A DNA stretch of 64,000 nt, taken from positions 62,001 to 126,000 of the forward strand of contig JASANG010003752.1 of the NCBI GenBank assembly GCA_030248215.1, read 5' to 3'. Source of the DNA: Enoplolaimus lenunculus (lineage: Eukaryota). Made by a program: the position numbers and the translations under genes. Numbering within the stretch: the first letter of the stretch is position 1; each line of letters starts with the position of its first letter. This document shows, in pieces, positions 12,601 through 23,628 of this stretch. The notes beneath the pieces were generated by a model. The model searched no databases, was not told the DNA's origin, and saw only the letters and a list, made by a program, of their open reading frames with translations.

Positions 12601-15600
12601 CGACCCCCTTATTTACAAGAAGGGGTCGCTGTCACATGCAATACCTTTAAATTAAACTATAAGCGGAGCATTTTTGATGCCGGATACATACTGTGTCATG
12701 GTTCGCAAATATTGCACACCCTTCTCTAAATAAAGCGGTTTGGTTGGTCAAAAACGCAACGCGTGCCGGTTACAAATTGCACCATGCGAAGCCCCAAGAG
12801 TTGCACACTCTTGTTTTATGCAGCCTTGGTTAAACTAATTTTTTACATTTTTTTCATGCAACATTACCACAGATATCCACAATGATGATTTTTTTCAATT
12901 TCCAGGGTTTTTGCGTTTCGTCCTTTCTGCTTTTATGCTATTATAAAATTCATCAATTTTGTAAACGTTGTTCTGTATTGCAGCCGCTCAGCATGAAGGT
13001 AATACTGGAACAATGCAGTGCTATCTACTAAATTCGATATTTTAATTAAGCGTAAAAATAAAAAAATCCGTTGTTACCTTTGAAAATCCCGTTGTTAAAA
13101 TCTTTCCTTCGGTGCCAAGACACAAAATTCTATTTTCGCGTCCAGGTCCTTGAGAACCGGCAGCTGACTAAAAACAAAGATGATGCCTGTGATATGCGCC
13201 AGACAGTTAAATAACAATCTTAAATTGATTAAACTTGATAAACAAAACTTGAAACAATATTTCAAAATAGTCTGTATGTCTACTATCATCAGCAACACGT
13301 GAACGTTTGACATCTTAAGCCCTATATTAACTGTGTACAGAATCTATTACTGATCAGAAATAGGTTTTCAAACAAGCGAATTGCGGCAGTCGTTGATTTC
13401 AAAATGCACACAGCAATTGACAAATTCAAAATGCAAAAAATGATCGAAATTTTTATCATACCGGTAGCTAGGACATAAGTTACAAGACCAATCGTCAGCT
13501 AATGACAAGTGCTATATACAGCTGAGAACAGCGGTAAAACAGTTCACTATAATCATCAACAGAAATTAAAATTTGCTAAATCGCTTTTCATCAAACTAAA
13601 CCATTTGAATTCACTTCACCTGAATGTGTTTAACAGATGCACGGGGGTCGTATAAACAAATCAGAGATGACTTATCAATGGTTGCCAGATAATTTCCACT
13701 GCCATCCCAACTCAAACCAGCCAAGCGATCAGAATTGCTCGCCAATGCTAAAATAAATTCAATAACTGGAACAGTGTTTAGCATATACATTTGTGAAAAA
13801 TCGTAGCACACCAGTCAAAAACCTTGTTTTCGTACGAAAATCTGTTTTCCCGTAATGCAATTTCAGAATGATTTTTGGTACATTCTTTTCTATAAACAGA
13901 AGGCCACGGGGGGGGGGGGGGGGGCCCCCCCTTTTCCCCCGCCAAACCTTCCCCCCCCAGGAGCCCCCCCCTCCCCCCCCCCCACCCGCCAACACAAGAC
14001 AAAAAACAACCCAGCCCCCCAAAAAATAAAAAAAAGAAAAAAACCCCCCCCCGCCCCGACCCGGGGCCCCCGAAACCCCCCAAACCCCAGCGCGACCGCC
14101 ACCGGGGCACCACGGGAAACAGAATGTACCCAGTTGCATACTGTTGTCCAAGTGATCATACACTCTTGATCATACCAACCGAAAACTTAAATTTTGCAAT
14201 TCCGTACCCTAGCCAACAATATTTCCATTAAATATATTTTATAACAAACCAATTTGTTGTTTTGAAGTCTCGACATCCCAAACAGTTACATAACTGGCTC
14301 CGCCTACTGCAAGAACATTCGAAGCGGTTGTATGAAACTCGATTCGTTCAGGATTAGACATACGAATAGGCAGTAATGTAGCTGGCGCGCCAATGCTGCA
14401 CGCTATGTTTGGTTTCACTGAGGAAAGATTCCATATTTTAACCTAAAAATTCGGTCAGTATTAAACAATTTCCCATATAGCAATATTTTTCCAGTTTCAA
14501 ACCTAACGCACGTGATAAAGATTATAATAGTATACAAAGCACCTTAAATATTATTTTTATTCCGGTTCCTGTTCTGTTACATGTAACTGGTGGTGTAAAC
14601 GAAACAAAACACACCGACATTAATTTACCCAGTTTTAAGATATCTGTCGGTGTAACTAGGTACAAAACTTTTCTCAGTGTCTTACATCGTCATCTCGGCT
14701 TGCAGTTGCAAGCAAATGTTGACTGAACGGTACAAATTCAAAATCGGCAATGGGATCTGTAATGCCAAATAAAAAAACTATATTTAAAACAAGCTCTGCA
14801 CACAAAAACTAATCAAAACAAGACAAAACAATACTTTCAGAATTTGCGACCTGCATCTGTCATACTTCGCTGGCTTAAAACTTGTCTCTACCTGTCGGTA
14901 GGGGAGATACATATAGTTGGGCAAACAACTGGGATTTGGTTGCTTGAACTCGACCGTTGAGAATTTTCTACACAATTCTTATGGCGATGTCTTGCGGAAA
15001 AAGAAAAATAATTCGTGACAACTAAGATGACCAGTGTTATTTTAAGGTGTAACAGTATCCGCGTATTCGTATTCTAATCCTAAGCCTAAGGTGCAGCGTA
15101 AAAATAAGTCTAAGCGAAAATAATAGCCTTAATCCTAAGCCAGCTCTATTTTAGCCAGCTCTATTTTATAGATTAAGGAAACCTGTATGTCCTTAACAAT
15201 GGGACAAACAAATATTGTAACTGAACGCAACGGTTCAAAAACACAGAACAGTGAAATTGGGTCGTTGTTTAAAGTGTTAAAAAAAGTATCGGCGTATATA
15301 TAACAACTTGCCTCCATGAGCACAAACGATGCTAATATCGGAACGAATACAACGACCTTTGGCGTTCAGAGGAAGTAGGCCCAATTTCCCGCCTGTAAAA
15401 TTACACGGAAAATTTAGTTACAGTAACCTCCATCAAGATTAACTCATTAATAGTTTAAGAAACGTGGTTAGTTTATAAATTACAATATATCTAATTACAT
15501 AGAAAACGACGTTCGAATGTTCAAATAAAACACAAACAGGATAAATTGTTTATATATGCAATGGAGAAACTTTATCAACCATACAGATTGCAAAACACAG

Positions 15601-17552
15601 TGTATTATGTATTTGACAAAAGGCCTAATACGCGGTAAAAATAACACAGTATAATTAAGAATGACACCGTACTTAAACTGTCAACCCTGCGCAGAAAGAT
15701 AACTGCCTAAATGCTACATGATTTTAATTATGAAAAATGTTAAAACATACCTTCACCTTCGACATTACAACAAATCCATTGAGTGTTACATCGCACACCG
15801 TCGCTGTTTACCGCTGCAAATCCAACTTGAAGGTCATAAATTGAATCCTAAATCACAATTGTTACACGAATAAAAAATAATAATGTCTTTATACCATTAC
15901 GCGATTTATGACATCACACAGAAACTTTTTACTGCAGAGCAAGCCAGATTTGCTTTCAATTTAACTACAAAACAGTTGCGTACATCTGCATCCCATACCT
16001 AAGCAATACGTACGTATATATAAATATAATGCATTACAATAAACAATAGTGCAAATACATGTCAACAAACGTTAGAAAAACTAGATCCGTTGATCTCGAA
16101 CAACTTAATAATCCGGCTTCCAGCTATTTAGATAAGAGAACATATTATACGTTTTGGCTATTTTAGTGCTACCATATGTAAAGCAAAAAATGTTATATAT
16201 CATGTCTAACATAGTCACGCTAAACTTTCGGCAAACCTTGTAACAGGGATCGCAAAGACCGCATACTTCACGCAAATTGCGTGCGGCTCCTGCCACTGAT
16301 CTCTTCCCGGATAAAATTTTCTCCCCCGGGCAAAAAATTTGACTTAAGTTAGAAAAAAATGAAAAATACACCCTATCAAGTTTAAAACAGAATAAATAAG
16401 GCATGATAAATGTCTATAAACTGGTTTTAAGAAATGATAAACGGTTTTGTTTCGTTGAATTGTTTCTTCAATAGATTTGCTCAGTTGCATAACGTTGGTT
16501 ATTTTCTGAATAGTTGGCTATGTTTTCCTTAAATCGGAGATTAATTCTTCAGTCGCCGTGCACGTAGGCAATTCTTGCAGACCTTTTTTAAAGTTTAACT
16601 CAAACAAAACTCCAGCGCAAGCTGATTTTTCTTTTGTTTTATTTGTTGTATTCCAACTTAGTTGATCAGTAGCGAGTTCGACGGGACTAAAAGTTAGCAG
16701 TGGGAGATCTAAGCCCACACTAAGACCGTGTAAAGCATGTTAGGCATGCTTATTTGTTATGTGCACAATGCAACATAATGCAATGCACTGCATGTATGCT
16801 AGCAGGTCACATACGGTCGACGTCGACAAGAGAAGCAGTTTAACAGGCGGGCTGCGCGGCGCAGTGGTAGAGCGGTGGCCTCGGAATCCTAAGGCCGCTG
16901 GTTAATCCCCCAATTTGTAGACCTGCTATTCCAGCTGCTTATTAAAAAAGGTCAGAAGTCCTGGCTGGTTGTTACCCAGGCTGACATAGACGCTACTGGT
17001 AAATTACTAAATCGCTGCGCTATGAACACGATATTCAGTCGAAAATGGGGTAAACGGTCAAGTGACGACCTGGTTGAAAATTGGGGTATGTAAAACACGT
17101 AAGACACGCTGATGTAAAGCATGTGAGACATGCTTATCTGTTATGTGCACATGCAATATAGTAAAGTTCACTTCATGTATGCACGCCGGCAGCATACGCT
17201 CGACACATATAATCGACGATAAAAGCAGTCGAACGGTAAGGCTGCGCCGGGCAATGTTAGAGCGTTTGCCTCGGAAACCTAAGGCTGTTAGTTCAATCTT
17301 CGCTCTGTAGGCCTGCATTTCCAGGTGCTTAGTTAAAAATCCTGAAGTGCCGATTCCTGCCTAGACTGACAGAGCGGAATTAGCTGAACTCGCCTGGTCG
17401 TCTAGTCCTTATTACCCTATTATAAGAATATAAACAAATTACACGACACAACGTAGACTTACAGACATTTACATATTTAAGATACTTACTTCTTTCTTAG
17501 CAGCTCTTGGTGCCGTATTTTTAAATTTACTGACTTTAAACCGCCACGCCAT
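6692..17552 (-). CDS. pod-1: POD-1/coronin-7-like WD40 actin regulator (multi-exon, 3' end not located)
   Basis: Phase-consistent exons: 17552-17490 (MAWRFKVSKFKNTAPRAAKKE), 15847-15751, 15392-15312 (GGKLGLLPLNAKGR..CAHG, GC donor), 14756-14686, 14442-14250, 13747-13620 (LSWDGSGNYLAT..YDPR), 13167-13078, 12307-12225, 11844-11790 (VLMPFYDCDTKLVFLIGK), 11630-11573, 11304-11159 (VMNGEV..YIVPRR), 10393-10298 (SYHEFHADIFPDT), 10046-8772, 8417-7868, 7045-6692. Motifs match the first coronin repeat of nematode POD-1/CORO7. TTTCAG lies 1 nt before the ATG. The last three (low-complexity) exons are less certain. Confidence 0.9.
16721..17375 (+). repeat. Diverged tandem duplication (~380 bp period), each unit with a tRNA-like segment
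   Basis: 16721-16990 aligns by eye with 17101-17375. GGCGCAGTGGTAGAGCG..CCTCGGAA..AAGGCC at ~16850-16925, with a more degenerate copy at ~17240-17315. Confidence 0.7.
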
Positions 17553-19891
17553 TCTGAAACAGAACAATGTGACATGCGGATGCATGGAAGCAAGATAAAA
17601 TCTCAGCTGCAAAAAATCAGAACTAAAAACGGTCGTACCCTAGCCTACCCAACTTATGATGCACAGAGCTTAACAGCATGGCTGAAATTCAGACCACCAG
17701 ACCGACTGCAGAATGAGTTTCGCCTGAGAAAATAATGCTTACAAATAAAGTACTGTCAATATTTTATTGGTCAAACGATAGTACTTGCACGCTCTGCCGA
17801 AAAGTTTTTGATGGATAAAACCTAATACTAAACACATTAGCTATGTATTTCACGAGTACAAAACCCCATAACTAAAAAAGTCCCATGTTCGCAGTAACCT
17901 GACCCGGCCAAAAACAACTAATAAGGTGTCAGTATCGCTGTCCGGACTTCGAAACCCTGCTTAAATACAACCTAGTACTTAAGTACGTGTTAATAAGACG
18001 CAGAATCAAATTGATAACACTTTTAGGCATACTGAGCTTGGTCTAATTGAAATTGTTGGCTCATGAGGCCTCTTTTATTTAAAACAAAACTATTACGTTT
18101 TACGGCAATGGCTCACATTTGGCATTTGTAGAATGGTTTCTTCGAAAATCTTAAGTATTTAAATATTAAGTCGGCGATCTAAGTTGTTACTTAGCGATAA
18201 CTTAAGAACGTAAAGTAAATTTTGGAAACTTCGCCATTGTCACTGTAATACTGAATTAAAGCAATATAAAAGTATTTAAATGAACTTAACTCAGTTATTC
18301 GAGGTTCCGAATAAAGTTTTCACTAGGGCTTGAACATCAACAGTCATTTGCTCGTGGCAGATTCTTTTTGCATTGGTTGTTATCAACTCTGAGCAATTAG
18401 TACCTACTTTGTCAAATTTGAAGATCTCTGCAACTCATTCTTGGTTGAAAATTTGAAGATATTATAACTTGTATGATGAATCTGTTCAATGTTCATTAGT
18501 TACCACGTCCTTGCGATTTCAACTATGAGTAAAATCATTAATTTATTGATGTCGTTAATTTTTAATAACGAGTTTTGGCAAGGTTTTCGATTTGCCCAAT
18601 TTTCCTAATTCAACCGACGTCATTTCTCAAACTTCTATTGCAGCCAATTGAAGAGGGGCAGAACTGAGTGAACGTTGAAACGTAAATGGCACCGCTATGA
18701 TAAATGTTACAGTATGGGTTTTTGCTTTCTTTAATAGTTTGCTTTAATAACATCAAAGCAATGATACACATCCTCTGTGTGTGATTACTAATCATACTCC
18801 TGGGATATAACGAACAAGATTAGGCGTTTTGGTTTCTCGAGACGATTCGCAGCTAATAACTGATCGAAACAAGCCTTGAGATGGCCGTGAGAAGCCGCCG
18901 TAATCATCAATAAATTATAATTAATAAGCGAACATTTGTTTAATATAACGTTTTTCAATTTATTTTATTACTCAAGTTTATGTGTTTTCAACTTTTGTAA
19001 CAATGCATGCACTTTTCGCAAGCGGAAATTGCGGTGTTTTGCATAAGCAGATCTGAAAACAAAATCGGTGTGTATAATTTTTGGAAATTTTTGACAATGA
19101 AAGCTTCAACTCCGCAAACTTAGGCTGAGGCTTTAGTCTTAGGTTTTGTAAAAGGCTTATACCTAAGGTCAAGCCAAAACCTAAACGTTTGCGTGTGCTG
19201 CCATCTAAGACGAAAGCCTGAGCCTAAACCAATAGCTTTAAAACCTGAAATGAGTAAGGAAACTGTACAGAATCCAAAAGTTGTAGTGTTTTACCAGTTT
19301 AAATCACTGGTGTTCTGTGCATTTTGCTTCCTGTTTTTAGAGGAACCGCATCTAAACTGTACTCTTTGACCTGGGTTGTCAGTCTAAACGCTCCGGCCAT
19401 TTTGTCGTGGCTTTGTTCTCATTTCAATGTCTTTAGTCTGATTTTTCAGCAAAAAACCATTGCGTTTCGCTGTGTTATTTTATTTGTCTGTGAATGTTTT
19501 AGTCTCAATTGTCAAGGCCCGTCTTCTTAAATGTGTGTAGCACCTATCACCAGTTGATGACATGTCTTCCAACTTTCGAAACAGTGCATGATGAGGTTTG
19601 AAATACAGCACATTTTTCGAATTTGATTTCCTCTATTTCTGTGCCAATTTTTGGATCCACAATCGCAGAAGTTCGTAAGTTAGAAAACCTATCGCTAACT
19701 GGTGATAAATATTATTCTCATTTGAGAACGCGGGCCCAGATTGTAATAGAGTGTGACGGGTCGAAGATGCTGGACAAAGTGGCAACATTTGGTGGTACAT
19801 CCTCTATATTAACTTGAACGAACACTGCCAAACCGTTGTCTCAAATTTTACTTCCATAGCCATAGATATATACCTAATATATGTTATACAT

Positions 19892-20895
19892 ATACCAGTC
19901 GTAGTGGGACTACATTTATTGAGCGAAGCTCGAACACACGTAAGCAATTAAGGTAATATGCAAATTAGTTATTAGCTAACTATTCATTTATCGGTTTTCG
20001 AGGTTTGTAAGCAATGTCCTCAGATTCCTCGCACCCAAAAACCCTTCAGCCACCCTATGATTTTTGGAATAATTTAAAAAATCTTAATTTGGTCTTGTCA
20101 ATTAAGCTAATATGCAAATTAACTAATAGCTAACTATTCAATTATCGGTTTTAGAGGTTTGTAAACAATTTATTTAGATTTCTCGCACCCAAAAACCTTC
20201 ACTGAACCCTAAAAATTATTCAAATTATTTAAAAAGTCCTAGTTTTGTCTTGTCAATTAAGCTATTATGCAAATTAGTTATTAGCAAACTATTCAATTAT
20301 CGGTTTTGGATGTTTATAAACTCTTTATTCAAATTCCTTGCACCTAAAAACCCTTTAGTGCTGAAATTATATTGCTTTTAACCTTAATAATTAGTGAAAT
20401 ATTGTAAAAAGTCCTAATTTAGGCTTATAACCTTGCTAATATGCAAATTATCTATTTGCTAACTGCTCAACTATCGGTTTTGGAGGTTCCTAAACAGTCT
20501 ACGCAGATTCCTCGCACCCAAAAACCTATTAATGCTAAAATTAGATTTTTTCTAACTGCAATAATTAGTGAAATATTGTGGAAAGTACTAATTTAGGCTT
20601 AATTAATTATGCAAATTAGCCTGTAGCTAATAAACGGCTTAAAATTTTAAAACCCCAATGCAAGGTTAACATCCCAGCATAATTGGCTTTCAAACAAAAA
20701 AGTTTATCAAAATCGGTTCAGCCGTTCCTGAGATTCATTTCGGACGGACAGACGGACAGACGGACAGACGGACAGACGGACAGACGGACAGACGGACAGA
20801 CGGACGGACGGACATCCACCTTTCGACCCCCAAGTACAAAACATAAAACGCTTCGCGAAACTCCGAGCTTCGCTCGGAGTTTCGCTTCGCTCAAT
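19892..20895 (-). mobile_element. Helentron/DINE-1-like non-autonomous rolling-circle element
   Basis: Subterminal inverted repeats TTGAGCGAAGC/GCTTCGCTCAA, a (GACGGACA)n = GTCY microsatellite at ~20741-20813, ~155-180 bp central tandem repeats, and a terminal stem-loop. This matches DINE-1/HINE architecture. Confidence 0.8.
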
Positions 20896-21574
20896 TATAT
20901 ATGTATATATTACTTATATATCTTATATAATACTCCAAATGGGTCTAATAAAGAAATTTGGCATCTTTTCGTTTTAAGTGCCCATTGGCCAGTGTTTGTT
21001 CTATGAAATTAGCGGATTTTGAAAATTTGTCGCAGATTATCGAACTGACAGTCGAATGGTGTTAAATTTTGTCTTGATCACATGTATGGTTGAACAGATT
21101 AGTGTGATCGAATAACGTGATATGGCACAAAGATAGCAACTCTTTGTTGAAAAATTTTTAACTTTAAACGTCAAAGATTTCAAGTTTATACTTACAATTA
21201 GAAGTTAAGTTGAAATCTGACCCAAGTTATATCTTAAACGGTAACCATGATTATTGTTGACCGACCTTTCAGTTGCTAGTTTAACACAGGATATGTTTGT
21301 TGCTTTTAATGATAAATGAATTAATAAAATAAGTAAACTCTCATTTCGCTTTTAAAACACAAAAGTACCAGTATTAATTACCACGTCTCAGAGACCTGGT
21401 TGGTTATTAAAGCAGATTATAGGTAATTTACAGTACTGTAGATTGTGACCTGTTGAGATACACCCGAGTATTGCAGCTCTGGGGTGCGCAAGTAGGCTTC
21501 AGTGGAGAAAATTTTAAATATACTGACTTCAGTTGTAAATTTACTAAATTATTATATGTTTATACTCCGACTTC

Positions 21575-22077
21575 GACTGTAAATTCCGATGAGTTGATCA
21601 GCACAAGTAGTGAATTAGTCATTTCTGATTTATTTCTGAGTTTAAAACACACTGTAAATTTCAGTGAGTTGATTTTAACTAAGAATGAGTTGAATCACTC
21701 GGTGTGAGTAGGACCATCAGAACTCAAAAAATTTGAGTTAATTCAACACAATCTGAGTTTATTAATCAACTCGCCCAGAGTCAACTTAACTCAGAGTGAT
21801 AAATAACTCAACTCAGAGTGAGTTAATGTTTACTGATATCAACTCAGAAATTACTAACTCGCTAGCTAAATTGATTAATGTACTCTTTGGAATTTACAGT
21901 GTATGAAACTTCAGCTCGTTTTGAACAGATTTAATTCCTGGTGAGTTCATTAATTAACTGAGAATGAGTTCAATCAATTCAAAATTCAGAGTTCTGAACA
22001 ATCTAATTCAGACCGCTGCTGTTATGAGTGGATTCAACTCATTGTGATCAAATATCAACTAGGTGGAATTTGCAGTA
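21575..22077. mobile_element. Nested CACTGTAAATTCC-type MITEs (inner copy 21650-21901)
   Basis: Outer GACTGTAAATTCC...GGAATTTGCAGTA and inner CACTGTAAATTTC...GGAATTTACAGTG; a related copy lies at ~38867-39134. Confidence 0.68.
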
Positions 22078-22815
22078 TGTATATAAAAATATGCTCATTG
22101 TAATGCTTAGGCTTAGGATTAGGCTTAAGAATATGCTTAAAATACTGTTGCGGCCCTGTTCTTTACATTGGTCAGTTTAGCGAAAGATTTTTAAACTGAC
22201 AAACTCTTGCAATTGTAGATGTCAGACGTCATATATCGAATGCAAAAAATATGCTGAATTTGAATCTCGCTATTCACTGGTTTGGTGGTTACAACAGCTT
22301 TCACCAACTGGTGACCACTGACTCACTCAGTTGACAATTTGGACCTTGGGTTTATACGCCTTGGCTTCAACGGCTTTTAGTTCGCCAGAATCACGATTCA
22401 GCGTTAAGCTTCCAGATATTTTCCTACGAAATACCATTACATAGGCACAGTAGTAATTTCAATAGAATTGTATACAAACTTGTATATAAAAAACGATGCT
22501 GTGTTTATATTTGATTTGTTCCGGTTTTCAGGGGCTTAAAAATACCATATATTGTTTGAACCGCTGATGAAGCTATTGAAATTTTGATTGGCATGAGAGA
22601 TAGCGATTTTTAATACACAAACCTTTAATTTTATTGCTGTATAAATAAATATTATCCGGGTGAACACTACTGTTTTATTACAAGCACCGTTTTTAGTTTT
22701 TATTTCGTTCACATGGATTATAGACAGCAGGGTGTAAACGGATAAAAAATATAGCGGAAACGGATGCCGAATTTTACCGGAAACAAATATCCGGTTTACA
22801 CCGTGACTGTTAGTA

Positions 22816-23628
22816 TTGTTGAGCGAAGCGCAGAGTTTCGTGAAGCGTTTATATGTTTTGTACTGTGGGGTCGAAAGGTGGATGTCCGTCTGTCCGTGTG
22901 TCCGTCTGACCGTCCGGCTGTCCGAAAAGAATCTCAGGAACCGCAGAACCGATTTTGATAAATCTTTTTTGTTTGAAAGCCAATTATCTCGGGGTGTTAA
23001 CGTCGCATTGGGGTTTTAAAATTTGAAGTCGTTTATTAGCTACAGGCTAATTTGCATAATTAATTAAGCCTAAATTAGGACTTTGTAGATTATTTCGCTA
23101 ATTATTACAGTTATAAGCAATCTAATTTCAGCACTAAAGGGTTTTTGGAAGTAAGGGATCTGAATAAATTGTTTACAAACATCCAAAACCGATAATTGAG
23201 TAAGTAGTTATCTAATAGATACTTTGCATATTAGCATAATTTATCAGCCTAAATTAGGCGTTTTTACAATATTTCACTAATTATTAAGGTTACAAGCAAT
23301 CTAATTTCAGCAATAAAAAGTTCTTGCATGGGTGCGAGGAATCTGAACAAATTGTCTACAAACCTTCAAAACCCATAATGGACTAGTTACCTAATAGCTA
23401 TTGCATATTAGCTTAATAGATAAGCTTAAATAATGGCTTTATAAAATATTTCGCCAATTATTAGGGTTACAGAAGGGTTTTTGGTTGCGAGGAATCTGAA
23501 TACATTATTTACAAACCCATTAAGACTGATAAATGAATAGTTAGCTAATAACTAATTTGCAAATTAGCTTAATCGCATAAGTGTGTACGAGTTTCGCTCA
23601 CTACATGTAGTCCAACTGCGACTGGTAT
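22816..23628 (+). mobile_element. Helentron/DINE-1-like element, second copy in inverted orientation
   Basis: Reverse-complement homolog of 19892-20895: TTGAGCGAAGCG..GTCCGTCTGTCCGT..ATCTCAGGAACC..CCGATTTTGATAAA, central repeats, ..TTCGCTCA..TAGTCCAACTGCGACTGGTAT. Confidence 0.8.

Noticed and set aside
13905..14110. G/C/A homopolymer-rich stretch giving Gly/Pro-rich ORFs and apparent G-quadruplex motifs
   Set aside because: It looks like low-quality base calls through a repeat copy inside a pod-1 intron (inflated homopolymers). Probably a sequencing or assembly artefact.
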